A stretch of 64,000 nucleotides of DNA from Actinomycetota bacterium (GTDB taxonomy: Bacteria > Actinomycetota > Acidimicrobiia > Acidimicrobiales > Ilumatobacteraceae). Shown in pieces: positions 17,833-27,013 of this stretch. The notes under the pieces are model-generated. The model saw nothing but the letters and a program-made list of their open reading frames with translations. It was not told where the DNA came from and ran no database searches. Positions within the stretch are counted from its first letter, which is position 1; the number at the start of each line of letters is the position of its first letter. The DNA is taken from NCBI GenBank assembly GCA_041158045.1, contig JBEBCD010000057.1, forward strand, positions 56,440-120,439, in the 5' to 3' direction. The position numbers and the translations under genes were made by a program.

Positions 17833-18939
17833 GTGCACCCCGTCGTCCTGCGCGAGGTCGCGCGCTGCGGCGCGGCGCGCGCGGGCGTGGCGGCGACGGC
17901 GCGCGGCGACTACGAGACCCCCTGCTTCATGCCGGTCGGCACCCGCGCCGCCGTGAAGTACCTGTCGGCCGACGACTACCGCGCCATCGGCGCGCGGATC
18001 GTGCTCGGCAACGCGTACCACCTCATGTTGCGCCCCGGCGCCGAGACGGTCGCGGCGCTGGGCGGGCTCGGGCGCTTCTCCGGGTGGGACGGCCTCACCC
18101 TCACCGACTCCGGTGGCTACCAGGTGTTCTCCCTCGGCCCGGACGTCGACGACGAGGGCGTGACCTTCCGCTCGGTGTACGACGGCAGCACGCACCGCCT
18201 CGGCCCCGAGTCGGCGGTCGCGACGCAGGAGTTGCTCGGCGCCGACGTCCAGATGGCCCTCGACGTGTGCCCCGCGCTCCCGGCGCCGCGCGAGGTCGTG
18301 GCGGCCGCCGCCGCGCGCACCCACGCGTGGGCCGCCCGGGCACGCGCGGCCCACCGGCGCGACGACCAGAGCCTCTTCGGCATCGTGCAGGGGGGGATCG
18401 ACGAGGGCCTCCGCGCCGAGTCGGCGCGCACGATCGCGGCGATGGGCTTCGACGGCCACGGCATCGGCGGGCTCTCGGTGGGGGAGACGCGCGCCGAGAT
18501 GCTCCCCGCGCTCGCCGCCGCGATCGCGCACCTCCCTGCCGACCGGCCCCGCTACCTCATGGGCGTCGGCGACCCGGCATCGCTCGTCGAGGCCGTCCAC
18601 CTGGGCGTCGACCAGTTCGACTGCGTCATGCAGACGCGCCTCGGGCGGCACGGCACGGCGCTCACCTCGGCCGGCAGGGTCAACCTCACGCGGGCCGAGC
18701 ACACCCGCAGCGACGCGCCGATCGACGCCGCGTGCCGGTGCGTCGTGTGCGCGCGGCACTCCCGCGGATGGCTCCGGCACCTGCTCGCGGTCGGCGAGCC
18801 GACGGCGTCGCGACTCGTGTCGTACCACAACCTCGCGTGGACGATCGACCTCATGGCGCGCATGCGCGGCGCGATCGTCGACGGGTCGTTCCCCGCGCTG
18901 CGCGCGGAGGTGCTCGCGGTCTGGGGCGGGGAGGCGTAG
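17833..18939 (+). CDS. tgt: Queuine tRNA-ribosyltransferase (tRNA-guanine transglycosylase) Tgt
   Basis: 368 aa. ETPCFMPVGT, TDSGGYQV, GGLSVGE, YLMGVG, FDCVMQTR. Zn site CRCVVC...H. Confidence 0.9.
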   Translation: MHPVVLREVARCGAARAGVAATARGDYETPCFMPVGTRAAVKYLSADDYRAIGARIVLGNAYHLMLRPGAETVAALGGLGRFSGWDGLTLTDSGGYQVFSLGPDVDDEGVTFRSVYDGSTHRLGPESAVATQELLGADVQMALDVCPALPAPREVVAAAAARTHAWAARARAAHRRDDQSLFGIVQGGIDEGLRAESARTIAAMGFDGHGIGGLSVGETRAEMLPALAAAIAHLPADRPRYLMGVGDPASLVEAVHLGVDQFDCVMQTRLGRHGTALTSAGRVNLTRAEHTRSDAPIDAACRCVVCARHSRGWLRHLLAVGEPTASRLVSYHNLAWTIDLMARMRGAIVDGSFPALRAEVLAVWGGEA

Positions 18940-18950
18940 TCGCGGACGGG

Positions 18951-18956
18951 TAGGCT
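18951..18956 (+). promoter_or_regulatory. -10-like hexamer TAGGCT, 8 nt upstream of yajC ATG
   Basis: Intergenic. No SD. Confidence 0.4.
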
Positions 18957-18964
18957 CGTGCGCC

Positions 18965-19303
18965 ATGTCCGACGTCACCACCATCCTCGCGGCCGAGACG
19001 ACCACGACGTCCTCGGGCGGCGGCCTGCTCGGCCTCCTCCCGCTCGTGCTCATCTTCGCCGTCATGTACTTCCTGCTCCTGCGGCCCCAGCGCAAGCGCC
19101 AGAAGGAGACCGCCGCGCTCCAGTCGGCCGTCGCCGTCGGCGACGAGGTGATGCTCAACTCGGGGATCATCGGCTTCGTCTCCGGCATCGAGGACGACTG
19201 GCTGTGGCTCGACGTCGCGCCGGTCCCCGGCTCGGGCAAGGGCATCGAGATCCGCGTCGGCAAGGGCAACGTCGCGCGAAAGCTGGGTCCGAAGTCTGAA
19301 TAG
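18965..19303 (+). CDS. yajC: Preprotein translocase subunit YajC
   Basis: 112 aa. Single TM. YFLLLRPQRKRQKE signature. GDEVMLNSGIIG. Confidence 0.85.
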   Translation: MSDVTTILAAETTTTSSGGGLLGLLPLVLIFAVMYFLLLRPQRKRQKETAALQSAVAVGDEVMLNSGIIGFVSGIEDDWLWLDVAPVPGSGKGIEIRVGKGNVARKLGPKSE

Positions 19304-20651
19304 GCGGGGCCTCGTCGCGACCCTCGTCGGCATCGTCGTCCTCGCGGGCGGCGGGCTGGCGGGCAGCCTCGCCGCGGGCAACACGCCGGCCCTCGGTCTC
19401 GACCTCCAGGGCGGTGCCTCCGTGACGCTGCAGCCCGAGGGCGAGTACGACGCCGCGGCGCTCGACGTCGCGGTCGAGGTCATCCGCGCGCGCGTCGACT
19501 CGATCGGCGTCGCGGAGCCCGAGATCATCCGCCAGGGCGACACCGTGGTGGTCAACCTGCCGGGCGTCGAGGACCAGCAGCGCGCCCTCGACCTCGTCGG
19601 TCGCACCGGCGAGCTGCTCCTGCGGCCCGTGCTCGCCGCGGGAGTGGCACCGTCGGACGCGACGGCGGGGCTCGACGACGGCGGCGACCCGACCAAGAGC
19701 GCCCTCCTCCTCGACGAGGCGGGCATCGCGTACGTGGTCGGCCCGTCCCGCGCGACGGGCAACGTCTTCGAGAGCGACGCCCGGCCCGACGTGCAGTCGG
19801 GGGCGTGGAGCGTCGTGGTGTCGCTGCGGCCCGGCCCCGCCGGCGAGGACCCGTGGAACGCCCTCGCGACCCTCTGCTACGGGCGCGACCAGGCCTGCCC
19901 GACGGGCCAGATCGCGATGGTGCTCGACGGCGTCGTGATCTCGGCGCCGACGGTGCAGGAGCCGACCTTCACCGGGGGCACCGTGCAGATCACGGGCGAC
20001 TTCGCGCAGGAGGAGGCGACGGACCTCGCCAAGATCCTCGAGTTCGGCGCCGTGCCCGTGAAGTTCGGCGTCTCGCAGGCGCAGACCGTGTCGGCGACCC
20101 TCGGGTCCGACTCGCTGCGCGCGGCGCTGCTCTCGGGCGCGGCGGGCATCGCGCTCGTGCTGCTGCTGCTCTTCCTCTACTACCGCCTCATGGCCGTCGT
20201 GATCGTGGCCGGGCTCGGGATCTCGGTGGCGCTGCTGTGGAGCCTCGTGTCGCTGCTCTCGCGGACCAACGGCCTCGCGCTCTCGCTCTCGGGCATCGCC
20301 GGCATCGTCGTGTCGATCGGCATCTCGGTGGACTCGTACATCGTCTTCTTCGAGCGGGTCAAGGAGGAGCTGCGCGTCGGCCGCACGCTGCGCAACTCGG
20401 CGCCCCGCAGCTTCGCCTCCGCGTGGCGCACCGTCGTGGCCGCCGACACCGTGAGCTTCCTCGGTGCGATCGTGCTGTGGTGGCTGACGGTTGGCTCGGT
20501 GCGCGGGTTCGCCTTCTTCCTCGGCGTGTCGGCCCTCACCGACCTCGTCGTCACCTGGTGCTTCACGCGCAGCACCGTGCTGCTGCTCTCGCGGTCGCGC
20601 CGCCTGGCTGGCCGCAAGGTGCTCGGCGTGCGCACGGCGGTGCCCGCATGA
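19296..20651 (+). CDS. secD: Protein translocase subunit SecD (start codon uncertain; only in-frame candidate upstream of TM1 is CTG at 19296)
   Basis: The listed ORF starts at GTG 19422. The same frame, open from 19152, encodes NRRGLVATLVGIVVLAGGGLAGSL...LGLDLQGGASV (SecD TM1 plus the LDLxGG motif) upstream of that GTG. C-terminal 6-TM SecD/F core. ATGA overlap with secF. Confidence 0.8.
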   Translation: MNRRGLVATLVGIVVLAGGGLAGSLAAGNTPALGLDLQGGASVTLQPEGEYDAAALDVAVEVIRARVDSIGVAEPEIIRQGDTVVVNLPGVEDQQRALDLVGRTGELLLRPVLAAGVAPSDATAGLDDGGDPTKSALLLDEAGIAYVVGPSRATGNVFESDARPDVQSGAWSVVVSLRPGPAGEDPWNALATLCYGRDQACPTGQIAMVLDGVVISAPTVQEPTFTGGTVQITGDFAQEEATDLAKILEFGAVPVKFGVSQAQTVSATLGSDSLRAALLSGAAGIALVLLLLFLYYRLMAVVIVAGLGISVALLWSLVSLLSRTNGLALSLSGIAGIVVSIGISVDSYIVFFERVKEELRVGRTLRNSAPRSFASAWRTVVAADTVSFLGAIVLWWLTVGSVRGFAFFLGVSALTDLVVTWCFTRSTVLLLSRSRRLAGRKVLGVRTAVPA

Positions 20652-21733
20652 GCCGCGCGCGCAACCCGCTGTCGCGGCTCTACCGCGGCGAGACGACGCT
20701 CGACGTCATCGGGCGCCGCTGGGTGGGCTTCGGCATCTCGCTCGTGCTCATCGCAGCCGGGGCGGTGGCGCTCGGCGTGCGCGGGCTCGAGCTCGGCATC
20801 GACTTCCGCGGCGGCGTCGCGTGGGAGGTGCCGGGCGACGGCATCGACGCGGACGGCGCGCGCGGGGTGCTCGCCGACGCGGGCGTCGAGACCGCCAACG
20901 CCAAGATCCAGACGCTCGAGGGCGCGCAGACGCCGTCGCTGCGCGTGCAGGTCGGCGACCAGCCCGAGGAGGTCCGGGTCGCGGTGCGCGAGGCCCTCGC
21001 GGCGCGCGCCGGCGTGGACGTCCAGGAGGTCAGCGTCTCGGCGGTGAGCAGCTCCTGGGGCCGGAGCATCACGGAGAAGGCGATCCGGGCGCTCCTCGTG
21101 TTCTTCGTCCTCGTCTCGATCTACATGGCGTGGCGCCTCGAGTGGAAGATGGCGCTGACCGCGCTCCTCACCATGGTGCACGACGTGGTCCTCAGCGTGG
21201 GCGTCTACGCGATCTTCGGCTTCGAGGTCACGCCCGCCACCGTCGTGGCGTTCCTCACCATCCTCGGCTACTCCCTCTACGACACCGTCGTCGTCTTCGA
21301 CCGCGTCAAGGAGAACGCGCAGCGCTTCGCCACCTCGCGCCAGTCCTTCGCCAACGTCGCCAACGTCTCGACCAACGAGGTGCTGGCCCGCTCGCTCAAC
21401 ACGACGCTGTCCTCCGCGCTGCCCGTGGTCGCGCTCCTGGTGGTCGGCTCGTGGATCCTCGGCGCCGCGTCGCTCGCGGAGTTCGCCGTCGCACTCCTCG
21501 TCGGCATGGTCGCCGGCACCTACTCGTCGATCTTCGTCGCGGTGCCGATCCTCGAGATGCTGAAGCGCGGGGAGCCGCGCTACCGGGGCCTCGCGCGCGA
21601 GATCGCGACGGGCGACGCCATGGCGGCCCTCATGCTGGGCGGTGGCGACCGCTCCGACTCGGCGGGCTCGGTGGCGACGCAGATCACGCACGCGCCGCGG
21701 CCGCGCAAGAGGAAGCGCCGGACCCACTCGTAG
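20648..21733 (+). CDS. secF: Protein translocase subunit SecF
   Basis: ATG at 20648. GIDFRGG motif. YSLYDTVVVFDRVKEN. Multi-TM. Confidence 0.9.
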   Translation: MSRARNPLSRLYRGETTLDVIGRRWVGFGISLVLIAAGAVALGVRGLELGIDFRGGVAWEVPGDGIDADGARGVLADAGVETANAKIQTLEGAQTPSLRVQVGDQPEEVRVAVREALAARAGVDVQEVSVSAVSSSWGRSITEKAIRALLVFFVLVSIYMAWRLEWKMALTALLTMVHDVVLSVGVYAIFGFEVTPATVVAFLTILGYSLYDTVVVFDRVKENAQRFATSRQSFANVANVSTNEVLARSLNTTLSSALPVVALLVVGSWILGAASLAEFAVALLVGMVAGTYSSIFVAVPILEMLKRGEPRYRGLAREIATGDAMAALMLGGGDRSDSAGSVATQITHAPRPRKRKRRTHS

Positions 21734-21736
21734 GAT
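21731..21736 (+). promoter_or_regulatory. -10-like hexamer TAGGAT, 6 nt upstream of relA ATG
   Basis: The TAG is the secF stop codon. No SD. Confidence 0.45.
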
Positions 21737-21742
21737 CCCGTC

Positions 21743-23941
21743 ATGGCGACCGCGAGTCGGGTCCTGCCATGGCGCAGGCACCAGGAGACCGTCACCGAGG
21801 AGCTCGCGCCGCTCCTCGCCGCCTACCGCGCCCGCCACCCGCGGGGCTCGTCGGGCCTCATCCAGTCGGCCTACGAGACGGCCCGCCGTGCGCACGCGTC
21901 GCAGCACCGCGCGAGCGGGGAGCTCTACATCAACCACCCGATCGCCGTCGCGCGGATCGTCGCCGAGCTCGGGCTCGACGACGTCTCCATCGCGGCGGCG
22001 CTCCTCCACGATGCGGTGGAGGACACCGAGATCACGCTGCCCGACGTGGAGGCGACCTTCGGCGGCGAGGTCGCCGGGATCGTCGACGGGGTCACCAAGC
22101 TCGAGCGCATCCGCTTCGACTCCAAGGAGGAGCAGCAGGCCGCCACGATGCGCAAGATGCTCGTCGCGATGGCGCGCGACCTGCGCGTGCTCGTGATCAA
22201 GCTCGCGGACCGCCTCCACAACATGCGCACCGTCGCGGCCCGGCCCGTCGAGTCGCAGCGGCGGATCGCGCAGGAGACGCTCGACGTCTACGCGCCGCTC
22301 GCGCACCGGCTCGGGATGCAGGAGATCAAGCAGCACCTCGAGGACCTCGCGTTCGCGGCGCTCCACCCAAAGCGCTACGCCGAGCTCGATCACCTCGTCT
22401 ACGCCCGCGCCCCGCAGCGCAACGTCTACCTCGCCAAGGCGCTGGCCCAGGTGCAGCGCTGGCTCGACGACGCCGGCGTCGAGGCCGAGATCACGGCGCG
22501 CGGCAAGCACCTGTGGAGCATCTACGAGAAGATGATGGAGAAGAACCGCGAGTTCGACGACATCTTCGACCTCATGGCGATCCGGATCGTGGTGGACGCC
22601 GAGCCCGACTGCTACGCGGCCCTCGGCATCCTGCACTCGCACTGGAAGCCCGTGGTCGGCCGCTTCAAGGACTACATCGCGATGCCGAAGTTCAACTTCT
22701 ACCAGTCGCTCCACACGACGGTCGTCGGGCCCGAGGGCAAGGCGATCGAGGTCCAGATCCGCACCCGCGACATGCACCGGCGGGCCGAGTGGGGGGTGGC
22801 CGCGCACTGGTCGTACAAGGACGGCGACGGTCGCGGCGACATCGACTGGCTCCACCGCATCATGGCGTGGCAGGGCGACGTGCCCGACCCGGGCCAGTTC
22901 ATGGAGACCCTCACGCGGGCGCTGGAGCAGGACGAGCTCTTCGTCTTCACGCCCAAGGGCCGCGTCATCTCGCTGCCGCCGCGCGGCACGCCCGTGGACT
23001 TCGCCTACGAGGTCCACACCGACGTGGGCCACGGCTGCGTCGGGGCGCGCGTCAACGGCCGGCTCGTGCCCCTCTCCGCGCGCCTCCGCTCCGGCGACAC
23101 CTGCGAGATCCTCCTCGCGCCGTCGGGGGAGGGGGAGCCGTCGGAGGAGTGGCTCGACTTCGTCGTGTCGCCGAAGGCGCGCAGCAAGGTGCGTCAGTGG
23201 CTCGCGCGCGAGCGGCGCGACGACCTCGTCGAGGCGGGCCGCGAGGAGCTCGTGGAGCGCCTCGCCGAGGGCGGGCTCGACGCCGAGGCGGTGCTGCGCA
23301 CCGACGTCGTCGTGCGCGAGGCGCAGCGCATGAACTACGCGTCCGCCGACACCTTCTTCGGCGCGATCGGCGAGGGCACCGTCGACGGCGCGGCGGTCGC
23401 CGCGCGCATCGCCGACGCCGCCCGCGAGTCGGGGGACCCGGCGCTCGCCGAGGCACCGCCCGCGACCGGGTCGGCGCGGCCGCCCGTCGTGGTGGAGGGC
23501 CGGCGCGGGGCGGGTGCCTCGCTGGCGCGGTGCTGCACGCCGGTGCCCGGCGACGAGATCGTGGGGGTCGCGGTCGACGCGCGCACGGTGGTGGTGCACC
23601 GCGCGGACTGCGCGCTCGCCGTGCCGAGCGGCGGCGCCGCGCGCATGGCGGAGGTCGAGTGGTCGGACGACCGCGCGGACGCCGTCTTCGTCGTCGCGGT
23701 GGAGGTCGTCGCGCTCGACCGCTCGCGGCTACTGCGCGACGTGGCCAACGCGCTGTCGGACCAGCACGTCAACATCGTCTCGTGCAGCACCCAGACCGGC
23801 ACCGATCGCGTCGCCCGCATGCGCTTCGAATTCGAGATGGCGGACCCGTCGCACCTGCGATCGGTGCTGCGGGTGATCAAGCGCATCGAGGGCGTCTACG
23901 ACGCGCACCGCGTCCTCCAGGTGGCGGCGAGCAGCGTCTAG
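21743..23941 (+). CDS. relA: Bifunctional (p)ppGpp synthetase/hydrolase (RelA/SpoT family)
   Basis: 732 aa. HD hydrolase domain (HPIAVARIV...LLHDAVEDT). Synthetase block (YQSLHTTV, IEVQIRTRDMH). TGS and C-terminal ACT-like domains. Confidence 0.95.
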   Translation: MATASRVLPWRRHQETVTEELAPLLAAYRARHPRGSSGLIQSAYETARRAHASQHRASGELYINHPIAVARIVAELGLDDVSIAAALLHDAVEDTEITLPDVEATFGGEVAGIVDGVTKLERIRFDSKEEQQAATMRKMLVAMARDLRVLVIKLADRLHNMRTVAARPVESQRRIAQETLDVYAPLAHRLGMQEIKQHLEDLAFAALHPKRYAELDHLVYARAPQRNVYLAKALAQVQRWLDDAGVEAEITARGKHLWSIYEKMMEKNREFDDIFDLMAIRIVVDAEPDCYAALGILHSHWKPVVGRFKDYIAMPKFNFYQSLHTTVVGPEGKAIEVQIRTRDMHRRAEWGVAAHWSYKDGDGRGDIDWLHRIMAWQGDVPDPGQFMETLTRALEQDELFVFTPKGRVISLPPRGTPVDFAYEVHTDVGHGCVGARVNGRLVPLSARLRSGDTCEILLAPSGEGEPSEEWLDFVVSPKARSKVRQWLARERRDDLVEAGREELVERLAEGGLDAEAVLRTDVVVREAQRMNYASADTFFGAIGEGTVDGAAVAARIADAARESGDPALAEAPPATGSARPPVVVEGRRGAGASLARCCTPVPGDEIVGVAVDARTVVVHRADCALAVPSGGAARMAEVEWSDDRADAVFVVAVEVVALDRSRLLRDVANALSDQHVNIVSCSTQTGTDRVARMRFEFEMADPSHLRSVLRVIKRIEGVYDAHRVLQVAASSV

Positions 23942-23944
23942 CCT
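23939..23944 (+). promoter_or_regulatory. -10-like hexamer TAGCCT, 6 nt upstream of hisS GTG
   Basis: The TAG is the relA stop codon. No SD. Confidence 0.4.
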
Positions 23945-23950
23945 CTCCGC

Positions 23951-25222
23951 GTGCCAGAGTTCCGGACGTCGCCGGGCACGCGGGACATCCTCCCGCCCGA
24001 GTCCGCCCGCTGGCGGGCGCTGCAGGAGGCCTTCGCCCGGGTCGTGGAGGCCGCGGGCTACGGGCTCGTCATCCCGCCGATGTTCGAGGACCTCGGCGTC
24101 TTCCTGCGCCTCGGCGAGGCCACCGAGGTGGTCACCAAGGAGATGTACGACTTCCACGACAAGGGGGGTCGACACGTCGCGCTGCGGCCCGAGCAGACGG
24201 CGAGCGTCTGTCGTGCGTACGTGGAGCACCGACCGACGCCGCCGTGGAAGGTCTGGTACGCGGGCCCCAACTTCCGCTACGAGAAGCCGCAGCTCGGGCG
24301 CTACCGGCAGTTCGACCAGGTGGGCGTCGAGGCGATCGGGGTGGCGGACCCGTACCTCGACGCGGAGGTCGTGGCCCTGGCCTGGCGCTTCTACGGGGAG
24401 CTCGGCCTGCGGCGGGTGCGCCTCGCGATCAACTCCCTCGGCGACGCGGGCGACCGCGACCGCTACGCCGAGGCGCTGCGGGCGTACTGCGAGGCCCGCG
24501 CCGACGGCCTCACCGCCGAGACGCGCGCGACCCTCGCGCGCAACCCGCTGCGCGTCCTCGACTCCAAGCGCGAGGGCGACGCGGAGGTGCTCGCGGGCGC
24601 GCCGCGCATGGGCGACCACCTCGGCGCCGACGCGCGCGCACACTTCGACGCGGTGCGTCGCGCGCTCGACGACCTCGGGGTGCCCCACGAGACCGACGAC
24701 CGGCTGGTGCGCGGGCTCGACTACTACCGCCGGACCACCTTCGAGTTCGCGAGCACGGCGCTCGAGGCCGCCCACACCGCGATCGGCGGGGGAGGGCGCT
24801 ACGACGGCCTCGTCGAGGCGCTCGGCGGTCCGGCCACCTCGGGCATCGGCTTCGCCCTCGGCGTCGACCGGACGCTGCTCGCGTGCGACGCCGAGGGGGT
24901 CTTCGCCGCGCCCGACTCGGCCGTCGACGTCTTCGTCGTGGACGCGGTCGACGGTACGCACGCGCATCGGCTGTGCCACGCGCTGCGCGCCGCCGGCGTG
25001 CGCGCGGACCGCGCGTACGATGCGCGGAGCATGAAGGCCCAGATGAAGCTCGCGGACCGCTCGGGGGCGCGGGTGGCGCTCATCGTGGGCACCGACGAGG
25101 CCGCCGCCGGCACCGTGGTGGTACGCCCGATGCGCGGCGGCGAGCAACGCGCCGTGCCCGCCGACGCGGCGGTCGCGGAGGCCACGGCCCTCGTGCGCGC
25201 CGCGCGCGGGTCGGGATCGTGA
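23951..25222 (+). CDS. hisS: Histidine--tRNA ligase
   Basis: 423 aa. GTRDILP, LRPEQTASVCR, FRYEKPQLGRYRQF, GGGRYDGL. Confidence 0.95.
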   Translation: MPEFRTSPGTRDILPPESARWRALQEAFARVVEAAGYGLVIPPMFEDLGVFLRLGEATEVVTKEMYDFHDKGGRHVALRPEQTASVCRAYVEHRPTPPWKVWYAGPNFRYEKPQLGRYRQFDQVGVEAIGVADPYLDAEVVALAWRFYGELGLRRVRLAINSLGDAGDRDRYAEALRAYCEARADGLTAETRATLARNPLRVLDSKREGDAEVLAGAPRMGDHLGADARAHFDAVRRALDDLGVPHETDDRLVRGLDYYRRTTFEFASTALEAAHTAIGGGGRYDGLVEALGGPATSGIGFALGVDRTLLACDAEGVFAAPDSAVDVFVVDAVDGTHAHRLCHALRAAGVRADRAYDARSMKAQMKLADRSGARVALIVGTDEAAAGTVVVRPMRGGEQRAVPADAAVAEATALVRAARGSGS

Positions 25223-27006
25223 CGACCCCGCCCGCCGGGGGCGTCGGCGCCGCGACGTCGCTGCGCACGCACCGATGCGGCGACCTGCGGGCCGCGGACG
25301 TCGGCGCGCGCGTCACGCTCTGCGGCTGGGTCTCCCGGCGCCGCGAGCACGGCGAGCACCTCGCCTTCCTCGATCTGCGCGACCACAGCGGCGTGGTGCA
25401 GTGCGTCGTCGACGGGGCCGTCGACGCGCGCTCGGAGTGGGTCGTGCGCGTCACGGGCACGGTGGCGCGCCGCCCCGACGGCACGGTCAACGCCCACCTC
25501 GCCACGGGCGAGGTGGAGCTCTCCGAGTGCGCGCTCGAGGTGCTGAACGCGGCGGAGCCCCCGCCGTTCCCCATCGACGCCCGGGCCGACGAGGTCGACG
25601 AGAACGTCCGGCTCAAGTACCGCTACCTCGACGTGCGCCGCGAGCGCATGCAGCGCAACCTGCGGATCCGCGCGCGGGTCAACGCCGCGATCCGCGCCGC
25701 CATGACCGAGCAGCACTTCGTCGAGGTCGAGACGCCGCTGCTCATGCCGAGCACACCGGAGGGCGCCCGCGAGTTCCTCGTGCCGTCGCGCAAGGAGCAC
25801 GGCGCCTTCTACGCGCTGCCCCAGTCGCCCCAGTTGTGGAAGCAGTTGCTCATGGTCGCCGGGCTCGACCGGTACTTCCAGATCGCCAAGTGCCTCCGCG
25901 ACGAGGACCTGCGCGCCGACCGCCAGTACGAGTTCACCCAGCTCGACGCCGAGATGTCCTTCGTCGGCGTCGAGGACGTGCTCGCAGCCATCTCGCACGC
26001 GGTGGTGGCCGCCGCGCGCGCCGCGACGGGGGAGGACCCGCCGCCGATCCGTCGCATGACGTGGCGCGAGGCGATGGACCGCTATGGCACGGACAAGCCC
26101 GACCTGCGCTTCGGCCTCGAGCTCGTCGACGCCACCCCCGTCTTCGCCGGCACCGCCTTCAAGGCCTTCGCCTCCGCGGCCGCGATCAAGGCGATGCGCG
26201 TGCCGGCCGCGACGCACCCGGAGCAGGCCGCCTCGGGGCGCGCCGCGCTCGACCGCCTCACCGAGCGCGCCAAGCAGCTCGGCGCCAAGGGCCTCGTGTG
26301 GCTCAAGGTCGGCGCCGACGGGGCGCTCGAGAGCCCCGTCGCGAAGTTCCTCTCCGACGCCGAGCGCGCCGCGCTGGTCGCCGCCACGGGCGCGGGCGCC
26401 GGCGACCTCCTGCTGCTCGTGGCCGACGAGTGGTCCGTGGCGTGCACGGTGCTCGGCCAGCTGCGCTGCGACCTCGCGCGGCCCCCCGTGCACGAGGGGC
26501 CGTACGCCTACGTGTGGGTCACCGAGTTCCCGCTCTTCGTCGGGGTCAACCCGGCGACCGGGCGTCCGCAGCCGGGCCACCACCCGTTCTGCCACCCGCA
26601 CCCCGACGACCTCGAGCGCCTCGAGGCGGACCCGCTCGGCGTGCGCGCGCTCGCCTACGACCTCGTACTCAACGGCTGGGAGCTCGGCTCCGGCTCGATC
26701 CGGATCCACGAGCCCGAGCTGCAGCGCCGCGTGTTCCGCCACCTCGGCATCTCGGACGAGGACGCGGACCGCCGCTTCGGCTTCTTCCTCCACCCGTTCC
26801 GCTACGGCGCGCCGCCGCACGGGGGCTTCGCCTTCGGCATCGACCGCCTCGTCGCGATCCTCGCGGGCGAGGACAACATCCGCGAGGTCATCGCCTTCCC
26901 CAAGACGCAGTCGGGCACGGACCCGATGACCGACGCGCCGACGCCGGTGGCCGACGCGCAGCTCGCGGAGCTCGGCATCCGCCTGCTCCCCCCGCCGACG
27001 GCGTAG
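25219..27006 (+). CDS. aspS: Aspartate--tRNA ligase
   Basis: GTG in a GTGA overlap with the hisS stop. Only the last 595 codons of the listed 2171-aa ORF look like protein: HRCGDLR, FLDLRDHSG, QSPQLWKQLLM, FQIAKCLRDEDLRADRQ, GGFAFGIDRL. Confidence 0.95.
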   Translation: MTTPPAGGVGAATSLRTHRCGDLRAADVGARVTLCGWVSRRREHGEHLAFLDLRDHSGVVQCVVDGAVDARSEWVVRVTGTVARRPDGTVNAHLATGEVELSECALEVLNAAEPPPFPIDARADEVDENVRLKYRYLDVRRERMQRNLRIRARVNAAIRAAMTEQHFVEVETPLLMPSTPEGAREFLVPSRKEHGAFYALPQSPQLWKQLLMVAGLDRYFQIAKCLRDEDLRADRQYEFTQLDAEMSFVGVEDVLAAISHAVVAAARAATGEDPPPIRRMTWREAMDRYGTDKPDLRFGLELVDATPVFAGTAFKAFASAAAIKAMRVPAATHPEQAASGRAALDRLTERAKQLGAKGLVWLKVGADGALESPVAKFLSDAERAALVAATGAGAGDLLLLVADEWSVACTVLGQLRCDLARPPVHEGPYAYVWVTEFPLFVGVNPATGRPQPGHHPFCHPHPDDLERLEADPLGVRALAYDLVLNGWELGSGSIRIHEPELQRRVFRHLGISDEDADRRFGFFLHPFRYGAPPHGGFAFGIDRLVAILAGEDNIREVIAFPKTQSGTDPMTDAPTPVADAQLAELGIRLLPPPTA

Positions 27007-27013
27007 CCGCCGC

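Noticed and set aside
19149-19303. A YajC-SecD fusion, or a frameshifted or pseudogenised secD
   Set aside because: YajC ends at a normal length with its own TAG. The secD frame has an in-frame TGA at 19149-19151, so it cannot continue from yajC. The rest of secD is intact and coupled to secF. A non-canonical start is the simpler explanation, although a sequencing indel cannot be excluded without reads.
20491-27006. A 2171-aa plus-strand ORF spanning secD through aspS
   Set aside because: It is an artefact of stop-codon scarcity in very GC-rich DNA. Most of its translation is Arg/Ala/Gly/Pro low-complexity sequence read out of frame over secF, relA and hisS. Only the last 595 codons (25219-27006) are recognisable as AspRS.
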